From an uncultured Actinomycetota bacterium (GTDB taxonomy: Bacteria; Actinomycetota; Actinomycetes; Prado026), in NCBI GenBank assembly GCA_963711005.1, contig CAVQCJ010000002.1, positions 1,243,729-1,307,728 of the forward strand: a stretch of DNA of 64,000 nt, written 5' to 3'. The first letter of the stretch is position 1; every line of letters starts with the position of its first letter. Below are positions 48,024 to 59,247 of the stretch, in pieces. The notes under the pieces are model-generated. The model was not told where the DNA came from. It searched no databases and worked only from the letters and a program-made list of their open reading frames with translations. The position numbers and the translations under genes were made by a program.

Positions 48024-48986
48024 TCAGCCGCCGACCTCGCCTTTCCACGCCAGCATCACGCTCTCCGCGTGCATGCCGACGGACTCGTACAGCCTGGTGG
48101 CGCCGGTGGGGCTCTCGCTGTCCACCGCCAGCCCGACCGAGGTCAGCCCGCGCGCCGCGGCAGCGGCGAAAGCTGTACGCAGCAGGAGCTTGCCGAGCCC
48201 CCGCCCGCGGAACGCCGGCAGCACGCCGAGCGTCCGCACCCAGGCCATGCCGAGCTCGGCCCGCGAGTCGTCGCCGATGAGCACCGCCGCCGGCTCGCCG
48301 TCGACCTCGGCAATCCACCACTGGGCCGGGTCCCGTCCGGGCGCCGCGTCGAAGCGCACCCGCCAGCCCTCGTACGAGTGCTCGGCGTGGTCCCAGTGGT
48401 CCGCCATGGCGCCTTCGGTGACGTGGTACAGCATCCGGTAGCCGGACTCGTCGCCAGGATCCGGACTGCGCACCGCGACGCCGTCCGGCGGCACCGGCGG
48501 CGGCCAGACGGCACCGGTGAGGTCCACCCGCATCCGCCAGAAGCGGCGGCGCACCGACAGCCCCGCCGCCGTGAGCGCATCGCCGAGCATCCGGTCGTGC
48601 TCCCAGGACCCGGCGGACAGCTGGAGCGGACGGCCACGCTCGGCGGAGAGCGAGCGCGCGTACTCGAGGCCGCGCGCGACCAGCCATCCGAGCACGGCGG
48701 GATCCAGTGAGTACGGGTCGACGAATACCGTGCCGGCCTCCGCGTCGTCCTCGGTCCACAACCAGCCGACGCTCGCACCGGACCCGTCCTGCACGAGCAG
48801 CCCGCCGCGGTCCCGGTCGTAGCCGGGGACGACGAGGTCCGCCGCGGTCTGCTCGAGGGTGGCGTCGGTCCGGCCGAGGACGGCGAGGTCGCAGGCGGTG
48901 ACGAGGGCGAAGACCGCCTCGGCATCGGCTGGGCCAGGCTGGCGCACGGTCAGGCCAGGCAGGCCAGGCAGGTCCGGATCGGTCAC
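48024..48986 (-). CDS. two-domain GNAT N-acetyltransferase (mycothiol synthase MshD-like)
   Basis: C-terminal ~320 aa of ORF 48024..49658. Second domain: VRTLGVLPAFRGRGLGKLLL...GLTSVGLAVDSESPTGATRLYESVGM (acetyl-CoA binding R/Q-x-x-G-x-G). The GTG start is chosen at complement 48984-48986. Confidence 0.65.
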   Translation of the reverse strand: MTDPDLPGLPGLTVRQPGPADAEAVFALVTACDLAVLGRTDATLEQTAADLVVPGYDRDRGGLLVQDGSGASVGWLWTEDDAEAGTVFVDPYSLDPAVLGWLVARGLEYARSLSAERGRPLQLSAGSWEHDRMLGDALTAAGLSVRRRFWRMRVDLTGAVWPPPVPPDGVAVRSPDPGDESGYRMLYHVTEGAMADHWDHAEHSYEGWRVRFDAAPGRDPAQWWIAEVDGEPAAVLIGDDSRAELGMAWVRTLGVLPAFRGRGLGKLLLRTAFAAAAARGLTSVGLAVDSESPTGATRLYESVGMHAESVMLAWKGEVGG

Positions 48987-49058
48987 CGGTGGAGCCTGGC
49001 CGGAGCCGGGCGCGGTGGACAACCGGTTTGCGGTGGCCGGTGCCGGGCCGCCGGCCGG

Positions 49059-49682
49059 GTGAGGTTGGATGGCGGCATGACGCAGCAGTCGGGTGAGGAC
49101 CAGAGCGAGCAGCAGATCGTCGTCGTAGGGCCGGACGGGCGTCCGATCGGGATCATGGCCGGTCCCGCCGGCGGTGGCCCGGCTGGCCCTGGTGGCGCCG
49201 GCGGCGCGGGCGACGGCCACGACGAGCTGGACGAGGGCTCGCTGGCGAGCATGGTCGAGCAGCCGGCCAAGGTGATGCGCATCGGCAGCATGATCAAGCA
49301 GCTGCTCGAGGAGGTACGCGGCTCTTCGCTGGACGAGGCGGGGCGGGCCCGGCTGCGCGACATCTACGAACGGTCGATCAAGGAGCTGGAGGCCGGCCTC
49401 GCGCCCGAATTGGTGGACGAGCTTGAGCGCCTGTCGCTCCCGTTCGATCAGAACACGGTGCCCAGCGAGGCGGAGCTGCGGATCGCGCAGGCCCAGCTGG
49501 TCGGTTGGCTCGAAGGGTTGTTCCACGGCATCCAGACCGCGCTGTTCGCCCAGCAGATGGCGGCCCGCGCGCAGCTCGAGCAGATCCGTCGGCAGGCGCT
49601 GCCGCCCGGCGGCGGAATGCCCGGCCGCGGTGGCGAGCCGGACGAGGACGCCGCGCAACGGTCCAGCGGCCCCTACCTCTGA
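49059..49682 (+). CDS. bpa: bacterial proteasome activator Bpa/PafE
   Basis: LVEQPAKVMRIGSMIKQLLEEVR...PSEAELRIAQAQLVGWLEGLFHGIQTALFAQQMAARAQL is near-identical to my recollection of M. tuberculosis Rv3780. It ends ...SGPYL. The ATG at 49077 is the more likely start. Confidence 0.9.
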   Translation: MRLDGGMTQQSGEDQSEQQIVVVGPDGRPIGIMAGPAGGGPAGPGGAGGAGDGHDELDEGSLASMVEQPAKVMRIGSMIKQLLEEVRGSSLDEAGRARLRDIYERSIKELEAGLAPELVDELERLSLPFDQNTVPSEAELRIAQAQLVGWLEGLFHGIQTALFAQQMAARAQLEQIRRQALPPGGGMPGRGGEPDEDAAQRSSGPYL

Positions 49683-49771
49683 CCCTCGCGTGGCTCGGAC
49701 GGCGGGGCGGTGGGCGGTGCAACCTGCCAGCAGCGGCGCTCCGTCTTCAGGGTGAGGACTGGAGGCAGTGC

Positions 49772-50341
49772 ATGGGGCACCGCAGCAAGAGGGCCGCCGA
49801 GGCGGATGAGGACTTCCGCGCGTTCATGGCCGCCCGCGCCCACGGACTGCGCCGGACCGCGTACGCGCTCTGCGGCGACTGGCACCACGCCGAGGACCTG
49901 ACCCAGATCGCGTTCACGAAGGTCTACGCGGCCTGGCCACGGGTCCAGGCCGCCGACAACGTCGAGGCGTACCTGCGCCGGACGCTGACGAACGCCTACA
50001 TCGACGAGACCCGGCGCGGCTGGCGACGCGAGCAGCCCTGCGAGTCGCTCCCCGACCGCCAGGCCGAAGACGTGCCGCGCGACGACAGGGACGGGCTGCT
50101 GCGGGCGCTGGCCGAAGTCCCACCGGGCCAGCGCGCCTGCCTCGTGCTGCGGTTCTTCGACGACCGGTCGGTCGACGAGGTCGCCGCGATCCTGCAGTGC
50201 CGGCCGGGCACGGTGAAGAGCCAGACGGCCCGCGGGTTGACGACCCTGCGAGCGGCGGTCGCACGATCGGCTCCCGAGCTGCTCCCCCGCCTCGACGAAC
50301 CCACCCCCCTACTCACCGGACGAGGACAGCCCGATGACTGA
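49772..50341 (+). CDS. SigE-family ECF RNA polymerase sigma factor
   Basis: MGHRSKRAAEADEDFRAFMAARAHGLRRTAYALCGDWHHAEDLTQIAFTKVY (region 2) and QRACLVLRFFDDRSVDEVAAILQCRPGTVKSQTARGL (region 4). GGAGG lies 6 nt upstream of the ATG. Confidence 0.85.
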   Translation: MGHRSKRAAEADEDFRAFMAARAHGLRRTAYALCGDWHHAEDLTQIAFTKVYAAWPRVQAADNVEAYLRRTLTNAYIDETRRGWRREQPCESLPDRQAEDVPRDDRDGLLRALAEVPPGQRACLVLRFFDDRSVDEVAAILQCRPGTVKSQTARGLTTLRAAVARSAPELLPRLDEPTPLLTGRGQPDD

Positions 50342-51098
50342 GACATGGACCCGCGAGCTCCTCACCGAGCTGACCACCGACGAGCCGTACTTCGTCCCGG
50401 ATGTCGACGCGGCGATGGACCGGGGTCTGCGCAGCCGGCGACGGCACCGGGCGGCCGCAGTGGCGGCCCCGTTGGTCGCGGTGGTCGCGGTCGCGGGTCT
50501 GGCCGCCGGGGCGCAGCTCGCGGGACAGCCCGCGTCGGGCAGCGGCGGGCCGCAGGCCGTCGCTGCGGGAGCCGGCTCGGTCACCGGCGCGGCGGCGACG
50601 ATCAAGGCCGCGGTGGAGAAGTCCAGCCCCGCCGGGCTGGACTTCTCCGGTCTGCGCCAGGTCGCCGACACGCGCGCTTTCTCGCTCGACGGCAACGTGG
50701 ACGACGGACAAGGCAAGGCCTGGCTGTGGGTCAGCGTGATACCGGCCGCCCGGAGCGGGAGCACGGCGCGGCCTTGCGATCGCATCGAGTTCCTCGGCAA
50801 CGGCGAGTGCCCCACGACCCGGGTGCTGGCCGACGGCAGCAAGCTGTCCGTCCAGGGACCGGCGGGTTCGAACGGCTTCCGCACCGAGATGGTCGTCCTC
50901 GTCCACCGGGACGGCTCGGCGGTGGTGATCGAGGCGAACAACGCCACCGTGGTCCCGCTGCCGGACCGCCTGCTCACGGCCGCGGACCAGGTCAAGGACG
51001 GCCCGATGCGGATCACCCGGCCGCAGCCGATCTACAGCACCTCGGAGCTGACCGCGGTCGCCGAGGCGGTCGACGCCGCGACTGCCGCCATCCGCTGA
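50334..51098 (+). CDS. membrane-anchored protein downstream of the ECF sigma (possible anti-sigma/partner)
   Basis: 254-aa ORF overlapping the sigma gene by 8 nt. One TM segment (AAAVAAPLVAVVAVAGLAAGA) follows a short cytoplasmic N-terminus. The role is inferred from position only. Confidence 0.5.
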   Translation: MTETWTRELLTELTTDEPYFVPDVDAAMDRGLRSRRRHRAAAVAAPLVAVVAVAGLAAGAQLAGQPASGSGGPQAVAAGAGSVTGAAATIKAAVEKSSPAGLDFSGLRQVADTRAFSLDGNVDDGQGKAWLWVSVIPAARSGSTARPCDRIEFLGNGECPTTRVLADGSKLSVQGPAGSNGFRTEMVVLVHRDGSAVVIEANNATVVPLPDRLLTAADQVKDGPMRITRPQPIYSTSELTAVAEAVDAATAAIR

Positions 51099-51103
51099 CG
51101 GGG

Positions 51104-51922
51104 TCAGGGCAGGGTGCCGGTGGCGAGGAGCTGTTCGAGGACCACCGCCACCCCGTCCTCGTCGACCGACCCGGTACGGCGGGCCACGGCCGCCAGCACC
51201 TCCGGGTGCGAGCCGCCCATCGCGTACGCGGCACCGGCCCACGCCAGCATCGGCAGGTCGTTGGGCTGGTCCCCGAACGCGAGCACCTGCGCTGGGCCGA
51301 TACCGAGCCGTCCGGCCAGCAACGCCAGGGTGCTGGCCTTGGTGACCCCTGGCGCCGAGATCTCCAGCAGGCAGTCCCGCGGGTTGGAGTGGGTGACCGA
51401 CACCAGGTCGCCGAGCACCTCCCTCGCCACCGCCAGCATCGAGTCGCCGGTGCTCGTCTCGTCCCGGGCGAGCAGCTTGGCGATCGGTTCGGTGAGCAGG
51501 TCCTCGGCGGTCGGCACCGTCTGCACGTCGGCGGACTCCCAGCGCATCCGGTAGCGCTCCTCGTGCGCGTACGACTCGTGCCGCTCCACCGCGAACGCCA
51601 CCGCTGGCAGCCGCTCGCGGAGCCGCCCGACCACCCCGAGCGCCAGCGTGGGCTCGAGCAGGAACCGGTCCAGGACAACCTCGGCGTGCAGGTCGTAGAC
51701 CAGCGCCCCGTTGGCGCACACGGCAACCCCGCGATGACCGGTCGCCTCGACCACGGCGGCCATCCACCGGGGCGGGCGTCCCGTCACGAAGACGACCGGC
51801 AGTCCGGCGTCCTCGACGGCGGCGAGCGCGGCGACGGTCCGTCCGGAGACTGTGCCGTCGTGGCGGATGACGGTGCCGTCCAGGTCGGTCGCGACCAGGC
51901 GCACCGGACCCAGGGAGCTCAC
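51104..51922 (-). CDS. Cof-type HAD-IIB family hydrolase
   Basis: 272-aa ORF: LVATDLDGTVI (DxDGT), VFVTGRP, FGDQPNDLPML. Confidence 0.8.
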   Translation of the reverse strand: MSSLGPVRLVATDLDGTVIRHDGTVSGRTVAALAAVEDAGLPVVFVTGRPPRWMAAVVEATGHRGVAVCANGALVYDLHAEVVLDRFLLEPTLALGVVGRLRERLPAVAFAVERHESYAHEERYRMRWESADVQTVPTAEDLLTEPIAKLLARDETSTGDSMLAVAREVLGDLVSVTHSNPRDCLLEISAPGVTKASTLALLAGRLGIGPAQVLAFGDQPNDLPMLAWAGAAYAMGGSHPEVLAAVARRTGSVDEDGVAVVLEQLLATGTLP

Positions 51923-51998
51923 CCAGCCATCCCACCACGGCGGGGCCGATCCGCCCGACCCGGCTGACCGAGGCGCCGCGGGCCACTAGCGTGCCGCC

Positions 51999-53372
51999 AT
52001 GACCGACACCACGGTGAACCAGCACAAGATCATGCTCGACGAGTCGCAGATGCCGACGCAGTGGTACAACATCGTGCCCGACCTGCCCTCGCCTCCCCCG
52101 CCGCCGCTGCACCCCGGCACGCTGCAGCCGGCCGGCCCGGACGACCTGGCCCCGCTGTTCCCGATGGACCTCATCCTCCAGGAGGTCAGCGGCGACCGGT
52201 ACGTGGACATCCCCGGCGAGGTGCTGGACGTCTACCGGATGTGGCGTCCGTCGCCGCTGTACCGGGCGCACCGGCTCGAGAAGGCGCTCGGCACCCCGGC
52301 CCGCATCTACTACAAGTACGAGGGCGTCTCGCCGGCCGGCTCGCACAAGCCGAACACCGCGGTGCCGCAGGCGTTCTACAACGCCAAGGCGGGCGTACGG
52401 AAGCTGACGACCGAGACCGGGGCCGGCCAGTGGGGCACTGCGCTGGCCTTCGCGTGCGCGCTCTTCGGGCTCGAGTGCGAGGTGTGGCAGGTCGGGGCGT
52501 CGTACGACCAGAAGCCGTACCGCCGCATGATGATCGAGGTCTTCGGCGGCACCGTCCACCGCTCGCCGTCGGCCCTGACCGAGGCTGGCCGCGCGCAGCT
52601 CAAGATCGACCCGGAGCATCCGGGTTCGCTGGGCATCGCGATCTCCGAGGCCGTCGAGGTGGCCGCGCAGTCCGAGGACGTGAAGTACTCACTCGGGTCG
52701 GTGCTCAACCACGTGCTGATGCACCAGACGATCATCGGCGAGGAGGCGCTGCTGCAGCTCGCCTCGGTGGGCGAGACACCCGACCTGCTGGTCGGCTGCA
52801 CCGGTGGCGGCTCGAACTTCGCCGGGCTGTCGTTCCCGTTCCTGCGCGAGAAGCTGGCCGGGAAGATGTCGCCGACGATCCGCGCCGTCGAGCCGGCGTC
52901 CTGCCCGTCGCTGACCCGCGGCGTGTACGCCTACGACTTCGGCGACACCGCCGGGACGACGCCGCTGTTCAAGATGCACACGCTCGGCCACGACTTCGTT
53001 CCGGACCCGATCCACGCGGGCGGGTTGCGCTACCACGGGATGTCGCCGCTGCTCTCGCACATCTACGAGCTCGGGCTCGTCGAGGCGGTGGCCATCGGCC
53101 AGCTCGAGTGCTTCGAGGCCGGCATCACGTTCGCCCGCAACGAGGGCATCGTGCCGGCCCCGGAGCCGACGCACGCACTCGCCGCGGCCATCCGCGAGGC
53201 CAACCTGTGCAAGGAGAGCGGCGAGGAGAAGGTGATCCTCACGGCGCTGTGCGGGCACGGTCACTTCGACATGGCCGCGTACGACGCGTACCTGGACGGC
53301 CGGATGACCGACGAGCCGGTCAGCGACGAGCGGCTGGCCGCCGGTCTGGCCACCGTTCCCGCGGTCGGGTAG
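51999..53372 (+). CDS. TrpB-like PLP-dependent enzyme (tryptophan synthase beta, TrpB2 type), stand-alone
   Basis: 457-aa ORF: [19 protein letters not shown] (PLP lysine), [20 protein letters not shown]. No trpA is adjacent. Confidence 0.8.
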   Translation: MTDTTVNQHKIMLDESQMPTQWYNIVPDLPSPPPPPLHPGTLQPAGPDDLAPLFPMDLILQEVSGDRYVDIPGEVLDVYRMWRPSPLYRAHRLEKALGTPARIYYKYEGVSPAGSHKPNTAVPQAFYNAKAGVRKLTTETGAGQWGTALAFACALFGLECEVWQVGASYDQKPYRRMMIEVFGGTVHRSPSALTEAGRAQLKIDPEHPGSLGIAISEAVEVAAQSEDVKYSLGSVLNHVLMHQTIIGEEALLQLASVGETPDLLVGCTGGGSNFAGLSFPFLREKLAGKMSPTIRAVEPASCPSLTRGVYAYDFGDTAGTTPLFKMHTLGHDFVPDPIHAGGLRYHGMSPLLSHIYELGLVEAVAIGQLECFEAGITFARNEGIVPAPEPTHALAAAIREANLCKESGEEKVILTALCGHGHFDMAAYDAYLDGRMTDEPVSDERLAAGLATVPAVG

Positions 53373-53387
53373 ACGTGTGCCGGGAGG

Positions 53388-54659
53388 TCAGGCGGGCTTG
53401 AGCACGTCGAGCCCGCCGAGGTAGGGCTGCAGCGCGAGCGGCACCCGGACCGAGCCGTCCTCGAGCTGGTGGTTCTCCAGCAGCGCCACGATCGTGCGGG
53501 TCATCGCGCACAGCGTGCCGTTGAGCGTCGCCACCGGCCGGACGCCGTCGGAGTCCCGCATCCGGATCGACAGCCGCCGTGACTGGAACTCCGTGCAGTT
53601 CGACGTCGACGTCACCTCGCGGTAGTCCCCGTACGTCGGGATCCACGCCTCGCAGTCGAACTTGCGCGCGGCGGACGAACCGAGGTCGCCGGTGGCCACG
53701 TCGATGACCCGGTAGGGCAGCTCCAGCCGGCCGATGAACTCCTGCTCCCACGCCAGCAGGCGCCGATGCTCGGCCTGCGCGTCCTCGGGGCGGCAGAACG
53801 AGAACATCTCGACCTTGTCGAACCAGTGCACCCGCCAGATCCCGCGGGTGTCCTTGCCGTGCGAGCCCGCCTCGCGCCGGAAGCACGGCGAGAACCCCGC
53901 GTACCGCAGCGGCAGCGAGGCCACGTCCAGGATCTCGTCCATGTGGTACGCGGCGAGCGGGACCTCGGCGGTGCCGACGAGGTACATGTCGTCGGCCTCG
54001 AGCCGGTAGACGTTCTCGGCCGCCTGGCCGAGGAATCCGGTGCCCTCCATCGCGGCCGGCTTGACCAGCGCGGGCGGCAGGACCGGGACCAGCCCGGCGG
54101 ACACCGCCTGCGCGATCGCCATCTGCACGAGTGCCAGCTCCAGCAGGGCGCCGACGCCGGTGAGGTAGTAGAACCGCGACCCCGACACCTTTGCGCCGCG
54201 TTCGACGTCGATCGCCCCGAGCAGCCGGCCGAGCTCGACGTGGTCGCGCGGCTCGAATCCCTCGGCGGCGAAGTCGCGCGGCTGACCGACGTGCTCGACG
54301 ACGCGGAAGTCCGCCTCCGCGCCCACCGGCGCGTCCGGCTCGACGACGTTGGACAGCGCCAGCAGCGCCGCGTCGGCGACCGCAGCCGCCTCGTCGCGCT
54401 CGGCCTCGGCCACCTTGACCGCCGCCGACAGCTCGCGGCCGCGGGCCAGCAACGCGTCCTTGTCTGCTCCGGAGGCCTGCGCCACCTGGCGCCCGACGTC
54501 CTTCTGCTCGGCCCGGGTGGTGTCGAAGCGAGCCCCGGCCACACGCCGCCGCTCGTCCGCGGCGACCAAGGTGTCGACGAGCGACTCGTCCTCGCCGCGG
54601 ACCCGTTGCGACGCGCGGACGAGCTCGGGCTGCTCCCGGACGATGCGCAGGTCGATCAC
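53388..54659 (-). CDS. serS: serine--tRNA ligase
   Basis: 423-aa ORF: [22 protein letters not shown] (coiled-coil N-terminus), [39 protein letters not shown]. Confidence 0.92.
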   Translation of the reverse strand: MIDLRIVREQPELVRASQRVRGEDESLVDTLVAADERRRVAGARFDTTRAEQKDVGRQVAQASGADKDALLARGRELSAAVKVAEAERDEAAAVADAALLALSNVVEPDAPVGAEADFRVVEHVGQPRDFAAEGFEPRDHVELGRLLGAIDVERGAKVSGSRFYYLTGVGALLELALVQMAIAQAVSAGLVPVLPPALVKPAAMEGTGFLGQAAENVYRLEADDMYLVGTAEVPLAAYHMDEILDVASLPLRYAGFSPCFRREAGSHGKDTRGIWRVHWFDKVEMFSFCRPEDAQAEHRRLLAWEQEFIGRLELPYRVIDVATGDLGSSAARKFDCEAWIPTYGDYREVTSTSNCTEFQSRRLSIRMRDSDGVRPVATLNGTLCAMTRTIVALLENHQLEDGSVRVPLALQPYLGGLDVLKPA

Positions 54660-54670
54660 GGCGAGCCAGC

Positions 54671-56740
54671 CTACCGGCGGTTGCGCCCCTTGCCGCCGGT
54701 GCGGGCAGGGGAGGCGGCCGAGGCCTCGGTGGACAGCCGCCGGACCACCCCGGGCAGCTCGTCGGGCGGCACCGGCCTGGACCAGTGGAAGCCCTGCGCC
54801 ACGTCGCAGCCGAGCAGCCGCAGCCGCTCGATCACGTCGGGGGTCTCGACGCCCTCGGCCACCGCGGTGAGCCCGAACTCGTGGGCCAGGTCCACGATCG
54901 CCTTGACCAGGACCAGGCCGGTGTCGTCGGAGTCAAGGTGCGTCACGAAGGAGCGGTCGATCTTGATGGTCCGCAGCGGCATCGTGCCCAGCTGGCTCAT
55001 CGACGTGTTGCCGATGCCGAAGTCGTCGACCGCGACGGTGATGCCCAGGTCGGTGAGCCGGCGCAGCATCGCGATCGCCCGCACCGGGTCCTCGATGATC
55101 GCACTCTCGGTGATCTCGAACTCGAGCAGCCTGGACGGCAGCTCGTGCGTCTGCAGCAGGCCGGCGACGAACACGTCCAGGTCCGGCTCGAGCAGGTTGC
55201 GGGCCGACAGGTTCACTGCGACGGGCAGCTCCTGGCCCTGCTCGCGCCACTGCGCCAGCTGCTCGGCGACCAGGCCGAGCACCCGGGCGGTGACCTGCTG
55301 CATGAGCCCGGTGCGCTCGGCGACCGGGATGAAGTCGGCCGGCGGGATGTTCCCCAGCGTCGGGTGCTGCCAGCGCAGCAGCGCCTCCAGGCCCACCACC
55401 GCACCCGTACGCAGGTCCACCTTGGGCTGGTAGTGCAGGCACAGCTCTTCGGCGTTGTCCAGCGCCTGCCGCAGGTCGCCGAGCAGCATCAGCCGGCTGG
55501 AGGCGTTGGTGGCCGCGTCCTGCCCCGCGTACGTCGCCACGCCGAGCCCGGCGGCCTTCGCCGTGTACATCGCGATGTCGGCCCTGGCCATCAGCGCGGT
55601 CACGTCGTCGGCGTGCTCGGGCAGCACAGCGAGGCCGACCGAGGTGTCGACGTGCAGGAGCATGCCCTCCAGGTCGAACGGCTCCTCGAACACCGCCCGG
55701 ACCCTGGTCGCGAACGTCTCCGCGGCCGCGACCGACTCCACGACGGGCAGCAGGATCGCGAACTCGTCGCCGCCGAGCCGGGCCACCGTGTCGGCGTCTC
55801 GGATCGTGCGGCGCAACCGGGCCGCCACCTCGACGAGCAACGCGTCCCCGCGCGGGTGGCCGAGGGTGTCGTTGACGTCCTTGAACCGGTCGATGTCCAG
55901 GAGCAGCAGCGCCAGCGGCAGCCCGCTGCGGGCCGACACCGCGCCGGCCCGGTCCAGCCGGTCGTTGAACAGCCGGCGGTTCGGCAGGCCGGTCAGCGGG
56001 TCGAGCAGCGCCAGCCGCGCGTTCTCCGACGCCTGCGTCCGCAACCGCCGGCTGGCCCGGTGCACAGTGCGGAACAGCAGCAGCCACAGCAGCACGAGGC
56101 CGCCCACCGTGACGTACAGGATGGTCAGCGTCTGGTGCCCGATCGCCGCCGCGGTCTCGTCGTACGACAGCACGACCTCGGCCACCGCGGTGGGCGAGGT
56201 CCGGTTGTACTTGACCGGCACGTAGACGTCGAGGCGCTGGGTGCTGTGCCCGGACGGGTCGACCTCGGTGACGACGGCGGCCGACGACAGCGCGTCGACC
56301 CGGCGGATGGCGTCCTGGAACCGAACCGGGTCGGGGATCGCGCCGGAGGCGAGGCTGCCCGGCGAGCTGCCGGTGGTCGCCGCCGACGGGCCGCGCCCGC
56401 CCAGGCCGCGGTCGGAGCTGTCGTACACGACGACCCCGTCGCCGGTCCACAGCCGGATGCCCATGAGGGTCGAGCCGCTCCTGGGCACGAAGACCGAGTC
56501 GAGCCGGCCGACGAGCGCGGGCGGGAAGCTACCGGTACGGAACGCGTCCTCGGGGACCTCGCGCTCGACCCCGGCCGCCACGTACGCCTGGGCGGTCCTG
56601 GCCGCCTGCGTCAGGGCCTGCTGCTGGAGCAGGTGCGCGGTCGTCCAGACCAGCGCGATGCCGAGCCCGGTCATCGCGACGAGGCTCACCAGGGCGAACG
56701 TCGTCGTCAGACGCAGTCTGCGCACGCCAAACCCTTCCAC
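54671..56740 (-). CDS. membrane sensor diguanylate cyclase/phosphodiesterase (GGDEF + EAL)
   Basis: 689-aa ORF with two TM segments flanking a ~170-aa extracytoplasmic region. Motifs: [36 protein letters not shown]. Confidence 0.9.
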   Translation of the reverse strand: MEGFGVRRLRLTTTFALVSLVAMTGLGIALVWTTAHLLQQQALTQAARTAQAYVAAGVEREVPEDAFRTGSFPPALVGRLDSVFVPRSGSTLMGIRLWTGDGVVVYDSSDRGLGGRGPSAATTGSSPGSLASGAIPDPVRFQDAIRRVDALSSAAVVTEVDPSGHSTQRLDVYVPVKYNRTSPTAVAEVVLSYDETAAAIGHQTLTILYVTVGGLVLLWLLLFRTVHRASRRLRTQASENARLALLDPLTGLPNRRLFNDRLDRAGAVSARSGLPLALLLLDIDRFKDVNDTLGHPRGDALLVEVAARLRRTIRDADTVARLGGDEFAILLPVVESVAAAETFATRVRAVFEEPFDLEGMLLHVDTSVGLAVLPEHADDVTALMARADIAMYTAKAAGLGVATYAGQDAATNASSRLMLLGDLRQALDNAEELCLHYQPKVDLRTGAVVGLEALLRWQHPTLGNIPPADFIPVAERTGLMQQVTARVLGLVAEQLAQWREQGQELPVAVNLSARNLLEPDLDVFVAGLLQTHELPSRLLEFEITESAIIEDPVRAIAMLRRLTDLGITVAVDDFGIGNTSMSQLGTMPLRTIKIDRSFVTHLDSDDTGLVLVKAIVDLAHEFGLTAVAEGVETPDVIERLRLLGCDVAQGFHWSRPVPPDELPGVVRRLSTEASAASPARTGGKGRNRR

Positions 56741-56843
56741 CCGACGCGGTCCCCATCTGAGCGTCGTCAGGGCAGGCGGGCGGCTTGAGCCGAGCTGGGG
56801 CCGGCTGTGCCCACACGCGCACGCGCTCGGGTGCTCAGGCGGC

Positions 56844-57803
56844 TCAGGCGCGCCCGTCGCGGACCCGGGACAGCCACGCCTGGGCCTGGCCGTACTCCGC
56901 GTCGGACACCCCGCGCCGCAATGCGGACCGGACCTCGTCCGCCCGGGGGTACGAGCCCAGGTACCGCACGTCGGCGCAGATCCGGTGCAGCCCGATCAGG
57001 GCCTCCCCGACCCGGGCCTCGTCTACGTGCCCCTCGGCGTCAACCGCGAAGAAGTAGTCCCCGATCCCACCCCCGGTCGGCCGGGACTCGATCCGGGTCA
57101 GGTTGATCCCGCGCACGGCGAACTCGGTGAGGATCTCCAGCAGTGCGCCCGGGTGGTCCTGGCCGATCACCAGCACCAGCGAGGTCTTGTCAGACCCGGT
57201 CGCCGGCTCGGGCGCGTGCGGCGGCATGACCAGCACGAACCGGGTCTGCGCCCCGGCGACGTCGTGCACGTCGTCGGCGATGATCTCCAGCCCGTACGTC
57301 CGCGCGGCGAAGCCGGCGGCGAGCGCCGCGTCCCAGCGCCCGTCGGCGACCAGCCGGGCGGCGTCGGCGTTCGAGGAGGTCTCGACCGCCTCGGCCTGCG
57401 GGAGCCGTTCGCGCAGCCAGGCGCGGCACTGCAGGTGCGCCTGCGGGTGGCCGGCGACGGTCGTGACCTCAGCCATCGCAGTGCCCGGCCTGACCAGCAG
57501 CGCGAACGCGACCGGCAGCAGCACCTCCCGGTGGATCACCAGCGGGTGGCCGACGGCGAGCTCGTCGATCGTCGTCGGCACCGAGCCGCCGACCGAGTTC
57601 TCCAGCGGGACCATCGCGGCGACGGCGGAACCGCCTCGGACGGCGTCGAGCGCGGCCGGGACAGTCGGGTAGGACACCGCGGTCACGGCGGCGGACCCGG
57701 GTCCGCCGGGTGAGTCCAGGTACGCGACCAGCGCGGCCTCGGTGAACGTCCCGGTCGGCCCGAGGTAGGCGTACTGCGGGACCGGCCCGCCGGCGACGGT
57801 CAC
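56844..57803 (-). CDS. pheA: prephenate dehydratase
   Basis: 319 aa within ORF 56844..58466: YAYLGPTGTFTE, VPLENSVGGSV, TRFVLV, and the ACT domain LTRIESRPTGGGIGDYFFAVD. GTGA overlap with the upstream gene. Confidence 0.88.
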   Translation of the reverse strand: MTVAGGPVPQYAYLGPTGTFTEAALVAYLDSPGGPGSAAVTAVSYPTVPAALDAVRGGSAVAAMVPLENSVGGSVPTTIDELAVGHPLVIHREVLLPVAFALLVRPGTAMAEVTTVAGHPQAHLQCRAWLRERLPQAEAVETSSNADAARLVADGRWDAALAAGFAARTYGLEIIADDVHDVAGAQTRFVLVMPPHAPEPATGSDKTSLVLVIGQDHPGALLEILTEFAVRGINLTRIESRPTGGGIGDYFFAVDAEGHVDEARVGEALIGLHRICADVRYLGSYPRADEVRSALRRGVSDAEYGQAQAWLSRVRDGRA

Positions 57804-58408
57804 GCGGACTCCACGTCCGGACCGGTCGAGAGATCCGTGCCCGGCGGCTTCGCGGTCGTCTTCGCAACCGCCGTGGCGGGGGGCCGCGCAGGCGACTTGG
57901 CGGGTGGCTTGGTGCCGCCGCCGCGCCCGCGCAGCGCCCACCCGACGACCTGCTCCTCCTCCGGGGACAGCTGCGCCTCGGACGTTCCGCGCTTGACCCC
58001 CTTGGCGTACGTACGGGTCTCGGTGCGCCCGGCGATCGAGCTGAGCACGAGGCCGTCGCCGGAGTCGTCCAGCAGCGCGGCGGAGAACGACAGCCGGCCG
58101 CCCATGTCGCCGAACGCGTCGTACCGGACGACCGCGACGTGCCGGATCGCGTCCGCGAGGTCGGCTCGGGTGTCGTCCAGGCCCGCCGAGAGCACGGCGA
58201 CATCGCGGCGCAGGCCGTCGACCTCGCGCGAGGTGCGGGCCGCGGCCTCGACGAACGAGGACTCGCCGTCGCCGGACTGCAGGACGCTGTACGCCCGGCG
58301 CAGGCGGCGCAGCCGGATCTGCGCGACCAGACCCAGGACCAGCGCCAGGACCGCCACCGCCGCCGCCGACACGGCGACCCACGTGGTAGCGGCGGGGGAC
58401 AGCGACAC
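57800..58408 (-). CDS. DUF4446 family protein
   Basis: TM segment then RLRRLRRAYSVL...HVAVVRYDAFGDMGGRLSFSAALLDDSGDGLVLSSI. The start is chosen at the GTG (complement 58406-58408); the ORF track extends to 58483. Confidence 0.65.
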   Translation of the reverse strand: MSLSPAATTWVAVSAAAVAVLALVLGLVAQIRLRRLRRAYSVLQSGDGESSFVEAAARTSREVDGLRRDVAVLSAGLDDTRADLADAIRHVAVVRYDAFGDMGGRLSFSAALLDDSGDGLVLSSIAGRTETRTYAKGVKRGTSEAQLSPEEEQVVGWALRGRGGGTKPPAKSPARPPATAVAKTTAKPPGTDLSTGPDVESA

Positions 58409-58551
58409 CCCGAGAGGGTAACCGCTCCCGCACCACCCCCACGAGCGCGTTGATCTTGAGCAACACGCCAGCGACGCGCCCACCGGACCGATGCCTTGGT
58501 CACGATCGGCGGAGGTGGGGTGGTACGCGGGGGCGCACTAGGGTGCGGCTC

Positions 58552-59247
58552 ATGACCGCGCCCGACCCGGGTTTCACCGACCTCGGCTTCGCGCGGGTCG
58601 ACACGCACCGGGCCGAGCGAACCGGCGACCCCGAGGTGGTGTACGGCGCGGGCAAGACGCCCCAGCAGACGGTCGACCTGCTCGGGACGCTGCACGCGGC
58701 GCACCCTGAGCGGGCGGTGCTGGCCACCCGGCTCACCGAGGACGCGTCGGCCGCCGTGGCGGCCGCCCTCCCGGACGCGGTGCTCGACCATGCTGCCCGC
58801 ACCGTGACCCTCGGACCGCTGCCGATCCCGGTGGGCACCGTGTGCGTCGTCGCGGCCGGCACCTCCGACGGACCGGTTGCGGCCGAGGCCGCCGTGACCG
58901 CCGCTGTCTTCGGCGCCGGCGTCGTCCGAGTCGATGACGTGGGCGTGGCCGGGCTGCACCGGGTCCTGTCGGTCCGCGACCACCTCGGCGACGCGGACTG
59001 CCTCGTCGTCGTCGCGGGGATGGAGGGGGCGCTGCCGTCGGTGGTCGGCGGGCTGGTCGGGGTCCCGCTGGTCGCGGTGCCCACCTCGGTCGGGTACGGC
59101 GCCTCGTTCGGCGGCTTGGCGGCGCTGCTCGCGATGCTCAACTCGTGCGCGCCCGGCGTCGTCGTCGTCAACATCGACAACGGGTTCGGCGCGGGGGTCT
59201 TCGCGGCCCGGGTGGCCCGCCGGTCCGCGCGGGCGGAGCGTCCGTGA
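58552..59247 (+). CDS. larB: nickel-pincer cofactor biosynthesis protein LarB (AIR-carboxylase/PurE-like)
   Basis: 231 aa within ORF 58450..59247: GFARVDTHRAERTGDPEVVYGAGKT, VVAAGTSDGPVAAEA, VVAGMEGALPSVVGGL, AVPTSVGYG. Confidence 0.8.
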   Translation: MTAPDPGFTDLGFARVDTHRAERTGDPEVVYGAGKTPQQTVDLLGTLHAAHPERAVLATRLTEDASAAVAAALPDAVLDHAARTVTLGPLPIPVGTVCVVAAGTSDGPVAAEAAVTAAVFGAGVVRVDDVGVAGLHRVLSVRDHLGDADCLVVVAGMEGALPSVVGGLVGVPLVAVPTSVGYGASFGGLAALLAMLNSCAPGVVVVNIDNGFGAGVFAARVARRSARAERP

